Shown in pieces: positions 16,060 through 31,154 of a stretch of 64,000 bases of DNA. The stretch lies in NCBI RefSeq assembly GCF_009914755.1, contig NC_060926.1. One strand, written 5' to 3'. The stretch's first letter is position 1; each line of letters begins with the position of its first letter. The notes under the pieces were generated by a model, which worked only from the letters and a program-made list of their open reading frames with translations, did not search any database and was not told where the DNA came from. Source of the stretch: the human T2T-CHM13v2.0 reference genome, Homo sapiens. The translations under genes were made by a program, and so were the position numbers.

Positions 16060-16290
16060 GGGCCAAGCTCTGAATCCAGCCTGCTGGAGTTTGAATCCAG
16101 CTCTTTCTCTTGCTGTGTGGCCTTGGCCAAGCTGTTTAACTTCTCCGTGCTCATTTCCTCATCTGTAACATGGGGATAGTAATACCACTCGCCTCCCAGG
16201 ACTGCTTATGAGGATTAGCTGAGTTCACACCTGTAACTGTTTGGAACGGCTCCTGCAGCAAGGCAGGGCTCGGTAACGGTCGCTCATTAT
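16060..16290 (+). mobile_element. MIR SINE
   Basis: TTGAATCCAGCTC...TGTGTGGCCTTGGCCAAG...TTTCCTCATCTGTAACATGGGGATAGTAATA. Confidence 0.8.
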
Positions 16291-16944
16291 TTCTGTAGCA
16301 TGGTCCGCTGGCTTAGTGCAGGCAAATGGGTCTGGGTCAAAGTGCAAGGCTTCCACGCGGAGTTAACACAGCTGCATCCAAGTGACTCAACCTCTCTGAG
16401 CCTCAGTTTCTTCATCTGTAGAGCAGTTAGTGGTACGTGCCTCTCAGTGTTCTCAGGAGGCGTGCCCTATGTTACTAATGCTTGACAAGTTCCTGCTGCG
16501 TTTTCCGATGCCTAGTTCCTCGCTCCCCTTCACTCATGCCACTGTACTCATCTGGAAAGCCAGCTCCCTATGCCCAGGTATGGCCATCCCTGCAATCCCT
16601 TTCCAATGGATTACAGAATGCCACACTTGGAAGAGACGTTAGACCTGGACTATCTAGTCTAGGCCGCTCATTTTACAGATGGGGAGACCGAGGCATATAG
16701 TGGCGAGTGATAGTCCAGAGTCACACACCTTACGGTTCTGCTCACTTTATGCCTCCTTCTCTGTGACAACTTAGACATGTTCGGCCCCTTGAGTGACCTG
16801 CTGTCCCCACTTGCCTGGGATCAGGACTTTCCTGTTAACGCTAGGATGGGATGTTCACTCTGGCCACCTCCAGAATAAACACGTGCTTGGAAATGTCAAA
16901 TGCTGAAAACATGTAATGGGCTTTAAGAACAATGTTTAAGAATC

Positions 16945-17050
16945 ACTGGGTCATGGGTGTACACATATGCCCAAGCTCATCAAATTGTACACTTTAAATG
17001 TGTGCAGTTTATTTGATATCGATTATATCTCAATAAAGCTGTAAATGAAA
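16945..17050 (+). mobile_element. Old L1M 3' end
   Basis: CTCATCAAATTGTACACTTTAAATGTGTGCAGTTTATT...CTCAATAAAGCTG. Confidence 0.75.
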
Positions 17051-17064
17051 GAAAAGAAGAAAGA

Positions 17065-17225
17065 AGGGGGGAGGGATAGCACTGGGAGATATACCTAATG
17101 CTAGATGACGAGTTAGTGGGTGCAGCGCACCAGCATGGCACATGTATACATATGTAACTAACCTGCACAGTGTGCACATGTACCCTAAAACTTAAAGTAT
17201 AATAAATAAATAAATAAATAAATAA
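17065..17225 (+). mobile_element. Severely 5'-truncated young L1 (L1PA2-like) 3' end
   Basis: GGGGGGAGGGATAGCACTGGGAGATATACCTAATGCTAGATGACGAGTTAGTGGG...CTTAAAGTATAATAAA; carries GAG rather than the Ta-diagnostic ACA; perfect 13-bp TSD AAAAGAAGAAAGA (17052-17064, 17226-17238). Confidence 0.9.
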
Positions 17226-17523
17226 AAAAGAAGAAAGAGATCCATCCATCAATCAATTGGCCCTGAGAGATAGCAGTCGGTCATAAAATTGCAGTGGTGA
17301 GTATTAGTTGAACATGTGTTATGTGCCAAGCACTTTACATGCATTGCCTCCTCCTCATGGTGGCTGGAAATCTCTCTTTGTTGTGTCAAGAGGGAAACTG
17401 GGGCCCAGAGAAGTGAGTTGTCCAAAGGCCCAAGTCAGTCCTCCAGCAGCATTTTCTTTATCTTCTATGTATCTCATATTTGTACTCAGAGATCCTCATT
17501 TCCTCATCAGGAAATGCAGACAA

Positions 17524-17859
<336 letters not shown>

Positions 17860-18307
17860 TTAAACTGCTTTATTATGCAACAGCCCATGCCAGAGACCCA
17901 GGAAGTGTCCTCCCAGACTCAAGGAAAGGAGCAACTGGAGTTCTTTGCTCAAGCCTGTCTTAGAAGCCACAGAGTATGGAGTCTACCAAATCTCCCAGGC
18001 TTGGGTTCCCAAGGGAAACCGAGCTGGGGCCTCGTGGAGCTCAGTTCTGGAGAATCTTCCTAGTAGCAGGTGTCTGGGTCTCTGGATCACAAAGCTGCAA
18101 GACTCAGATTCACCTAATTTGAAATCAGAAAGAGACCCTAGTGTCCCCACTCCCCATTACCAGATGGGATAAGCTAATGCCCAGAAAGGGGGCATGACTT
18201 TCCAAGGCCGCACAGCAAGACAGCGGAATGACCTGTGCTCTGACCATAGGTTCCCCCGAGCAGCACTGAAGGGGATGCCTGCAAGGCAGAGACTTTGGAG
18301 AACATTC

Positions 18308-18939
<632 letters not shown>

Positions 18940-21484
18940 TGATGTTTGATCCCCATCAGAGCAGCGCCAAATCTGGCTGGCGGGGACGTTGTGCTCAGAT
19001 GTGTTTGGAACAGAGAGCCCCAGTGAGGAAGGCAGACTCCAGGTCAAGTGCCGAGCAAGTTGAGAATTCTAGTGTCACCATAGCTGAGTTCACTAATTTC
19101 CAGACTTGGAGAGATTTAGCCACCCCACTCTCCCCTAAGTCATTCTGTCCACCCTCCCAGTGGCAAGGCCTCTACTGTCTCTATCATTACAGCAGGCCTG
19201 CGGTGTCTATTGCTAGTGCTAATTAACAGATGAGCCGAATAAGGCCTCAGGGAGGTTAGGCAACTTGTCCATGGTCACAGGCCAATACACAGGCCTTGGC
19301 CAATAATTTGAACCCAGTTCAGCATAAAACCAAAGAACATGTTCTTGCTCCGGTCTTTTGCCAACTCCATTTGGGTCCTTCCTGCATAGGCTCAGATTAG
19401 CCATTTGGTCATCATCCACCCTGGTGTCCTAGCCCCAGGTGCTCCTTTCCTTGAGTCTGGGAGTACACTGCCTGGGTCCCCGGCAATGGGCTGTTTCCTC
19501 CTGCTCTTCCTTGCCCAGAAACCACTGGCCAGATTATGGACCAGGGACACACACAGCGTCTGTCAGGGTCTGAGACTGAATCTGAGATTGGAGACCCATT
19601 AAGAACCAGCTCTGGCTCCAAAAATCTGCCTCTTGATCTCTGCAAAGAGCTGGTATAGCTGGAAGAGAAACAAATTAGAGCCGAGATTCTGTGAGGCTTA
19701 TGTTGAAGCAAAGCCTGCCATGTGAAGCCTGGGCTTTCTTTTTCATCTTCATTTAAAAGGAGGGTGTTTATGCAAATTTGTCATGAAGGTTTAGCAATCT
19801 TGGCTTGTCCTGGAGCCAAGCTCTGCTTCCTAATTGGATCGGGGATAATTGTTAATGCTTACAACCAATGTTCCTCTTAAAATTGCATGTTTTGTAAGAG
19901 TGGCTCCTGAAAACATATAATTCTGATGTTGTAAAACCACTGCATCAATGCAGAGTTTTGAAAACATGGAAAAGTTCACCAGAAAACTGAGGGGGCTGTT
20001 ATTCCTGGTTGTGACAGTCTTGGATGTCACTGGTTGTGATACTCTCTGGATATCGTGGAGAAGGAGACACAGGCACTTGTGGATTGATGTCTCAATCATA
20101 CAGGAAGATTGGTAATTCTGGGATGAGACACAAAGAAGAAAGAGAATCAGATTAGGAGGCCTGGTCATGCTGTGCCCCAGGCTGCTGAACTGTCTGAGGC
20201 AAATCTTTTGCAGCCTCAGTTTCCTCGCCTAAGAAATGAAAGGGTTGGGCTAGATGCCCCCAAGTAACTTTGAGTCACTGAGAAACTTCACTTCTCTGGG
20301 CTTCACTTTTCCCACATGGCAGTCGAAGGTATTGAACTGGGTGACTCAGAAACAGCCTGGCCCTAAAATTCCATCACCTCTGAAATGTTCTGCTGTTGAA
20401 TGATTCCCAGTCTGCAAGAGGTGTTGCTGGGCATCCCTCTTCATCGTCTTCTTCCCTTCTTCCCAGCAAAGTTAGTGTAATATTTCCTTGATTGCATGTG
20501 GCTTGATCTTTCCAGTGCTGGCAATACAGGTGGATTTAAGGAAATTTCATTTTCTACTTTCAGAGTCAATCACAGTTTAGCCTTTTTTATCCCTTATAAA
20601 TGTATCGGTGGATGATGGGGGAGAATGAAAGGTGCAGAGCAGGCTTAGAGCCACGTTCTTCCTTCTTTGCCTTGCAAAGAAATGAACCTCTGAGGCTCCC
20701 TGCAGGGTAGACAGTCTGCCAGAAGCTTCCTGTCTGCAACTTTGATGCTTGCAAGTCTTGAGTCCAGGGCTGGGGAATGGCCAGGGGTGCTGCTGTGGGA
20801 CCTCTCCGTACATTGTCTTCTGTGAGCCTAAGAAGGCTCCTGGACAAGGCATGCCTCTCCTGCAGACTCTATGGCTGCTGGGGACCCTTGCAGTGGCCCC
20901 TTCACGCTACATGGCTTCGTCAGCTGCAGCTCACAGGAGGACAGGGGTGGGCCCCTGCTCCCAGCTCCCCTTACAGCTCCCGGTGTATCCACTCTCGCAC
21001 TTCAATGTTAGAGTGGTTCTCTCGGGGGGCTCCGGGCCCTCAGGAAACCAAGCCTTTTTTATTTGGGCTCCGTCCCCTATTTTGGTTCCAGCTGAGGATT
21101 GGCTAATCCTACCGCCATTCCAGTTCTGTGGCACCTTGGATCTGCTAATGGAACCAGCTTGCATGACAATCTTTGTTCTGGTCTGACCACGGCCGTTTAA
21201 ACAAGGCTGGACCTCCCATGCACTGCGTGCCACGGAATCACTCACGGCCAGCAGTGCGCACTCTTGATACAGGTAGGTACAGGGCCACTCTCTGATACTC
21301 CTGACACGTTGCTTCTGAGCGGCTCCTTCTTTGATCCCCTTCCTCTCCAATCCTCCACTTACAACCCTGGCTCCCAAGATCTGCTTCTGTTTTGCCTGGA
21401 CGGTAACCTATTCTGACCCCCTCTTTGTTTTCATGGAGGCAGCCTTCTGTTAGGTACTTGGCTCTGAGAGTCTTCCTTATGTGA

Positions 21485-22162
<678 letters not shown>

Positions 22163-22547
22163 GAAACCATTTATTTCTAAAGACAAACATGAGAGTCTAG
22201 ATGCCAGAATGCACACAAATCCTAGATCAAATTGGGGGGAAACCCTTGAAAAAGCAGGGCCAAATTGGCAGAAAGGTGGAAAACGTCACTGGAGGCCAGA
22301 AAGTCAAGAAAACAGAAATCCAGAGAGAAAAGTGGTCACTGAGGCTGGGGTTTGCCTGGGCAGATACTGGGTCACATAGGAGGGATACCAGAGACTGATT
22401 CGAGGTGGAAGGTCACATTGGAGACCCACCCCCAGCATAAAGCCACCACCAGCACTTCCAAGAAAGGTGTTTGGGACTCTTGCCTGTCTGTGCCTGGACT
22501 CTGGCTTTAGGGGAAAAAAAGAAAAATTGTCTGCTGAAAATTTGTAG

Positions 22548-22929
<382 letters not shown>

Positions 22930-23244
22930 CCAGCTGCCTTTTAAACAAAAATCCTGTTGCTGCTTTAAGTGAATGTTTGGCTTTGGGTTTTTCAGGCCAC
23001 ACAGATAGCATGAGTTCCAACGCCTGGCAGAAGCAAACATGAATCCTATCTGAGGGAAAAGCACTTAAAGCCAGGCCTCAATGGATTTCCATAGATAAAG
23101 TTCTAAGGAATATGAGCTGTTAACTAAAAATCCCAAGACACATGCCAAACAAGTAAGCAGAAAAGTCAGTTACAGAACCAGACCCTTAAGACTGCACATA
23201 TTGGAAATACCAGACATGGAATACAAAACAGGTAGCGCTGAGTG

Positions 23245-23609
<365 letters not shown>

Positions 23610-24341
23610 TGATCTTTTATTCAGCTCATACCTATGGTTGATGTGTTTAAAGAAATAAAAATAAATAAATAATTACCAAAAAATGTTAAAAATAACCAAA
23701 TAGAACTTCTAGAAATAAAAAACATAAGAATTGAAGTTAGAAACTCAACAGAAATCAGCAGTTAGATTCAGGTAACGAGAAAATTTATGAACAGGAGAAT
23801 AGATCTGAGCTCTATAGAGTAGCACTAGAGATATAATGTAGCCCAGAGGAGAAAAATGAAAGGAAAAGGTATGAAAAGGAAAGTAAGATTTGAGTGATGG
23901 AGCCGGCAGGTCTAATACACATTTAATAGGAGTTCCAGGAAAGAATAGAGGGAAGGCAAGAGAAGCAAATAAACAATGGGCTGAGAACTTTTCCAGGAGT
24001 AATGAAAGACACAAATCCTTAGATCCAATAATGAAGATAAATAAAAATAAATACACTCTTGGACATATCATCGCAAAGTTTCAGGATGTCAAAGGCAAGA
24101 TCTTCAAAGCAAGCAGATTACCTTCGAAGAAGTAATGATTAGATGGAAAGCTGACATGTCAGTGGCAACAGTGGAAGCCAGAAGACAACAAAATACATTT
24201 TAAAGTGCAGAGAGAAAATAACTGCCAGCCTAGAAATTATGCCCAGTGAACCTAGCTTTTGAGAAAGCAGGAAAATAATTACATTTCAGTGAATAAAGGA
24301 AATAGTTCATTACGGTTCTCATTAAAAGGACTTCTAAACTA

Positions 24342-24777
<436 letters not shown>

Positions 24778-24918
24778 AGTATCCAATGTGTGAAGTTTTA
24801 AAAACTAAAAACATAGGCCTAATATACTGCTCAGCAATAGTATTTAGGCTGAATAAGAAAATTCTAACCATTCTGAGGTTATTTTGTTGTTTGGGAAGAT
24901 GATAAAAATGTTGAATAA

Positions 24919-25239
<321 letters not shown>

Positions 25240-26079
25240 GATTAATTTTAGATTCTATTTCAGAAATTATGCATATCAAAATATCTAGATAAGTACCAAA
25301 AGGGTAATAATTGGTGTGTAAACTTCCAAACCAGAAGGGGAAAAAATAGAATAAGAAAATCAATCAATACAATACAAAAGAAGGTAAGAAAGAGGGAAAA
25401 AACCCAACAGAATAAGTGGGATGATTAGAAAGCACAAAATAAGATGGTAGGAATGATTCAAATATGTCAATTATTTCCCAATAAATGTAAACAGACTAAA
25501 TTATCTGGATAAAAGACAAAGATCATTGGAATGGCTGAAAAAATGGTGGTTAGAAGAGATTTATTAACAACATAAGAACAAAGTCAAAAGTAAAAGGATG
25601 TTTAAAGATGTAAGTAAAATATTAACCGAAAGAAATGATAAGAATATTTATTTAAAAATGAGAAAACAGGCAATATGACCTTTATCACTATTTCTATTTT
25701 GGATTTCATGGAGTCTTAGTATAATAAAAATATTAAAATAAAACATGTAAACACTAGAAAGAAAAAAATTGCCATTATTCACAAATTACATAATTGTCTT
25801 CAAAGAAAATTCAAAATAAACTACAAACCTACTCACATGGTAAAAATTTAAATAAGTATTGAGTGAAAATTAACTTCCCTCTTATCCTGGTCACCAGCTC
25901 TCCTTCCCCGCAGCAACTACTGTTACTGATTTTCTAGAATACCCTTTCAAATATATTCTATCTATCTTCAGACTTAATGATTATACTCCAAGACCCCCTG
26001 TGTGATTCTTTTACAATCACACCCCCAGCAGCATTCTCAAAGGGCTTGTCTCCCATATTGTGTGTCTGGGGGAGCTCCA

Positions 26080-26660
26080 TTCAATGTGTTGGCAGTTTCA
26101 CTGAGCACCCACTATGTACCAGGTACTGTGCTGGGGACTAAAAGATGAAGAAAACATTATCCTTCCCTGAAGGTTCTCAGGATCTAGTGAGGACAGAGAC
26201 AGGGAACCAACTAAGCCTCATATGGCAGATCAAATGATAGATGTCAGGTGTCATAATGGAGTTAGAGAGAGGTAAAGAAAGCCTGGGGAAGCCCAGACGA
26301 AACAGGAATGGACTTGGCATCAAAATAGGACTACAGAGGAGGAACTTGAAGAACAAGTAGGGTTTTCAGGTGTAAAGGAGGTGGGGAAAAGCATTGTAAG
26401 CTAAGGGAATAACACGATGAAGTGCAGAGACACAGAAGAGCTTAGCATGTTTGCCAAAGTGGGGAAGTGGTCTGATGGGGCTTTGTGGTTTGGGGCAGGG
26501 TGGTGCTGGAATGGAGAGGCCAAAACAAGCCAGATGGTAAAGAACCTCAAATGTTAGGCCAAGGGTTTATGACTCAGGCACAGGCAAGGGGGAGAGAAGA
26601 GAGGGGTGATGTGAGCAGGTTCATGTTTCCAGAAGCTCACTCTGCCTTGTTTAGGGGACC
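26080..26660 (-). mobile_element. L2 LINE 3' fragment
   Basis: CTGAGCACCCACTATGTACCAGGTACTGTGCTGGGGAC...CCCTGAAGGTTCTCAG is the reverse of an L2 3' end. Confidence 0.65.
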
Positions 26661-27164
26661 CATGTCCCTGTCCATTCCCTCTTCCTAGACCTCCCCTCCA
26701 CCAAGGCGGTCTTTGTTTTCTGGGTGCTCTGGGAAGAAGTGTGGGATGGATTTGCTCTAATACTGAACAGTTCTCTGCAACTTCAGAAATACCTATCATC
26801 AAGCTTGAGGGGCAAAACTGCAGAAGTAGTTTAGGGGAAGAAGCCTGACCCCTAAATAGGGGATGTTGTATCATAATTTTATCCCACATGACTGTCATAT
26901 TTCAAGGCCTGGGGCAAATGGCACCTCTTCCAAGAAACTACAATGTCACTATTATCTTTTCTGGAGAAACTTTCTTTAACTTCCTTATGCTCATCTAGCA
27001 CGTCCCCTACTGACTCTGTTGGAACACCTGCTGGGCCTGCCCTTGTATGAATTTAGTTGGATTATATGGATCCATTAAGCAACTGCAGAGGTCCACCCAT
27101 GCCAGGACCTGCACCAACTCTGAGGATGTAGAAATGAAAACATTGAGTCCTTGTCTTCAAGGAA

Positions 27165-27528
27165 GGAAGCTCACCCTAGAGATCACCTGGAGATCTTTAT
27201 CTGCACAGTAAGACATTTGTTCCTGTGCAGCTCTGCCTCTCACCTTCCTGTAACTTGTCCCATCTAGCTCTGAAAGAGAATCAATTACTAACCATTGTCT
27301 GAGCATTGGGCCTAGTCATTTCCCCACTCCCCTCTCTGTTATGAAGAGGGCATTAAGCCTCAACCATCTGGTCCCTCTTCGAGTTCATGTTTTGTAAACA
27401 CTCTTGCACATGTGTGCACATAATACCTTTGTTATGATTTTCTCTTGTTAACATGCTTTTTGTTGTAGGGGTGTTGGCTGTGACCCTTTATGATGGGGAG
27501 AAAGGGGATCACCCCTTTCTGTCCCTAC
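27165..27528 (+). mobile_element. ERV1 LTR fragment (MER34-like)
   Basis: 3' end GGAGAAAGGGGATCACCCCTTTCTGTCCCTAC. Confidence 0.6.
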
Positions 27529-27800
27529 CTTTTCAAGGTTTATGTACATTCTAGCATGTGTCAGAATTCCATGCCTTTTTATGGCTGAATAATATTCCAT
27601 TATGTGAATATGCCACGTTTCATGTATCCATTCATCTGTTGAAGGACATTCGGGTTGTTTTGCTATGGTCAATAATGCTGCTATGAACGTGAGTGTACAA
27701 GTACCTGTGTGGGTCCCTAATTTTCATTCTTTTGGGTAGATACTTGGGAGTGGAATTGCTGGGTCACATAACAGTTACTGTGTTGAACTGTGTGAGGAGA
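27529..27800 (-). mobile_element. L1MB-like fragment
   Basis: TTTTTATGGCTGAATAATATTCCATT...ATCCATTCATCTGTTG...AATAATGCTGCTATGAAC; ORF 27448-27672 resembles the L1 ORF2 C-terminus (QPECPSTDEWI...MEYYSAIK). Confidence 0.85.
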
Positions 27801-27967
27801 TTCCTCCCTCTCAGCAGCTCTTATGCTCACCTTCCTTTCTGTGTCTACTGCTGCCTTCTGCCTTCAGAAGCCCCCTCCTTCTTTCTGCACCTGGGCTAAG
27901 ACAGCAGCTTCCTATTCGGTGTCTGTTTCCCACATCCACCTCTAGAGCTCATCCCAAAGAGTGATGG

Positions 27968-28190
27968 TGCTGTGGACCAAATTGTCTCCCAAATGCACGC
28001 ATTGAAGATCCTACCCAGGACTCACTGTATTTGGAGATAGGGCCTTTATGGAGGTAACTAATGTTAATGGCGGTTATAAGTGTGACCTCAGTTACCTAAT
28101 CCAATAGGACTGGTTTGGAAATAGATTTCTGTTGCCTAAGCTCCCAGCCTGTGGTGTTGTATTATGGCAGCCTGAGCAGATGAATGCAGA
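27968..28190 (+). mobile_element. MLT1A-like LTR, internally deleted
   Basis: TGTATTTGGAGATAGGGCCTTTATGGAGG...ATTATGGCAGCCTGAGCAGA. Confidence 0.6.
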
Positions 28191-28439
28191 TGGTGAGCAG
28201 CTCTTCCCCTGAGCCACACTGCCGAGGCTGCCCTGCTCAGAAACCTTTGGTGTTGCTGCCCTGTAAGAGGGAATCCTAACGCTTCATCATTCGAGGCCGG
28301 CCCGTTCTCAGCCTTGCCTGCACTTCCGGGACTGTCTCTCCTTGCTCTTCCATCCCCAGGCTCTTCTTCAGCTGAGCCAGTGTATTGGCTCTTTCTGGAA
28401 TAGGTTTTGTGCATTTGGCCTCTGTCCAAATGTCCCACA

Positions 28440-30600
28440 ACTCCCCCTAGTGCCCTACTCACCCTAGTACCCCCCACTTCCTCTAGTACCCCCTACTCCC
28501 CCTAGTGCCCTACTCCCTCTAGTACTCCTCACTCCCCCAGTAACCCCTCACTTCCTCTAGTACCCCTGGCTCCCCCACTATCCCCCACTCCCCCTAGTGC
28601 TGTACTCCCTCTAGTCCTCCCGCTCCCTCTAGTACCCCCCCTCCCCCTAGTGCCCCCCACTCCCTCTAGTACCCCCACTCCTCCTAGTACCCCCACTCCT
28701 CCTAGTACCCCCACTCCTCCTAGTACCCCCTCCTCCTAGTACCCCCACTCCTCCTAGTACCCCCTCCTCCTAGTACCCCCACTCCTCCTAGTACCCCCTC
28801 CTCCTAGTACCCCCACTCCTCCTAGTACCCCCACTCCTCCTAGTACCCCCTCCTCCTAGTACCCCCCTCCTCCTAGTACCCCCCTCCTCCTAGTACCCCC
28901 TCCTCCTAGTACCCCCACTCCTCCTAGTACCCCCTCCTCCTAGTACCCCCACTCCTCCTAGTACCCCCTCCTCCTAGTACCCCCACTCCTCCTAGTACCC
29001 CCTCCTCCTAGTACCCCCACTCCTCCTAGTACCCCCTCCTCCTAGTACCCCCACTCCTCCTAGTACCCCCTCCTCCTAGTACCCCCTCCTCCTAGTACCC
29101 CCTCCTCCTAGTACCCCCACTCCTCCTAGTACCCCCTCCTCCTAGTACCCCCACTCCTCCTAGTACCCCCTCCTCCTAGTACCCCCACTCCTCCTAGTAC
29201 CCCCTCCTCCTAGTACCCCCACTCCTCCTAGTACCCCCTCCTCCTAGTACCCCCACTCCTCCTAGTACCCCCTCCTCCTAGTACCCCCTCCTCCTAGTAC
29301 CCCCTCCTCCTAGTACCCCCACTCCTCCTAGTACCCCCTCCTCCTAGTACCCCCACTCCTCCTAGTACCCCCACTCCTCCTAGTACCCCCTCCTCCTAGT
29401 ACCCCCCTCCTCCTAGTACCCCCCACTCCTCCTAGTACCCCCTCCTCCTAGTACCCCCACTCCTCCTAGTACCCCCTCCTCCTAGTACCCCCCTCCTCCT
29501 AGTACCCCCACTCCTCCTAGTACCCCCTCCTCCTAGTACCCCCACTCCTCCTAGTACCCCCTCCTCCTAGTACCCCCACTCCTCCTAGTACCCCCTCCTC
29601 CTAGTACCCCCACTCCTCCTAGTACCCCCACTCCTCCTAGTACCCCCTCCTCCTAGTACCCCCACTCCTCCTAGTACCCCCACTCCTCCTAGTACCCCCT
29701 CCTCCTAGTACCCCCCTCCTCCTAGTACCCCCACTCCTCCTAGTACCCCCCTCCTCCTAGTACCCCCACTCCTCCTAGTACCCCCTCCTCCTAGTACCCC
29801 CACTCCTCCTAGTACCCCCTCCTCCTAGTACCCCCACTCCTCCTAGTACCCCCACTCCTCCTAGTACCCCCCTCCTCCTAGTACCCCCACTCCTCCTAGT
29901 ACCCCCACTCCTCCTAGTACCCCCTCCTCCTAGTACCCCCTCCTCCTAGTACCCCCCTCCTCCTAGTACCCCCTCCTCCTAGTACCCCCTCCTCCTAGTA
30001 CCCCCCCTCCTAGTACCCCCACTCCTCCTAGTACCCCCACTCCTCCTAGTACCCCCTCCTCCTAGTACCCCCACTCCTCCTAGTACCCCCACTCCTCCTA
30101 GTACCCCCTCCTCCTAGTACCCCCCTCCTCCTAGTACCCCCTCCTCCTAGTACCCCCACTCCTCCTAGTACCCCCTCCTCCTAGTACCCCCCTCCTCCTA
30201 GTACCCCCTCCTCCTAGTACCCCCACTCCTCCTAGTACCCCCACTCCTCCTAGTACCCCCTCCTCCTAGTACCCCCCTCCTCCTAGTACCCCCTCCTCCT
30301 AGTACCCCCACTCCTCCTAGTACCCCCACTCCTCCTAGTACCCCCACTCCTCCTAGTACCCCCTCCTCCTAGTACCCCCCACTCCCTCTAGTACCCCCAC
30401 TCCTCCTAGTACCCCCCACTCCCTCTAGTACCCCCACTCGTCCTAGTAACCCCCACTCCTTCTAGTGCCCCCCACTCCCTCTAGTACCCCCACTCGTCCT
30501 AGTGCCCCCCACTCCTCCTAGTACCCCCATTCCCTCTAGTACCCCTGACTCCCCCTAGTACCTCCCACTCCTCCTAGTGCCCCCCACTTCCACTCCCCCA
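28440..30600. repeat. C-rich minisatellite (VNTR), 16-19 bp units TAGTA-C5/6-(AC)0/1-TCCTCC
   Basis: About 100 near-identical units in the core 28667-30370, with degenerate units on both flanks. Confidence 0.97.
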
Positions 30601-30889
30601 GTCCCCACCAGGCACTTTGGAATGCCTTCTCCTGCTTTCTGCTTATTCCCCTCCTGCAGAAGCTCCCCTTGGGGATGGGGTGCAGGAGTCCAGTGATGTC
30701 CACTCGAGAAGCTCCTTGGGACATTTGCATTAGTACTATCTCTGTGCACATACAGTGGCGCACACAGTTGTTCAGCCCAGAAACTTGTGAACACACAGCT
30801 ACTACTGACCAAGCACCTATTCCATGAGGACTTTAAGAGGATACTTTGAGATATAAATAACAGAAAAAGTCAGAATGGCTTGCAATAGT

Positions 30890-31120
30890 CATAGCTGACA
30901 CTTACATGACACTTACCATGTGCCAGACGCGATTTGAATACTTTCTACACATTAACCCCTTAAATCCTCACAATGATCTCATAAACCAGATACGGTTATT
31001 ATCACCATCCCCATTTCACAGATGAGGAAACTGAGAAGAGAGAGAAAATAAACAAGCCAAAAGTCCTCAGTAGTAGTGGTGGTGGATTGGGCAGTCAAGC
31101 TCTAGAGCCTTTGCCCCTGA
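30890..31120 (-). mobile_element. MIR SINE
   Basis: CTTACCATGTGCCAGAC...AATCCTCACAA...CCCCATTTCACAGATGAGGAAACTGAG. Confidence 0.8.
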
Positions 31121-31154
31121 CCCCCACTGTCCCGTGTCTCTGACCTTGGGACAG

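Noticed and set aside
23890-24135. Coding L1 ORF1p
   Set aside because: Short degenerate remnant in an Alu-interrupted ancient L1
28667-30370. PRDM9 CCNCCNTNNCCNC hotspot motif in the VNTR
   Set aside because: The unit phases I checked by eye do not fit the 13-mer
28440-30600. CRISPR-like array
   Set aside because: Units are contiguous with no unique spacers, there are no cas genes, and the DNA is human; it is a minisatellite
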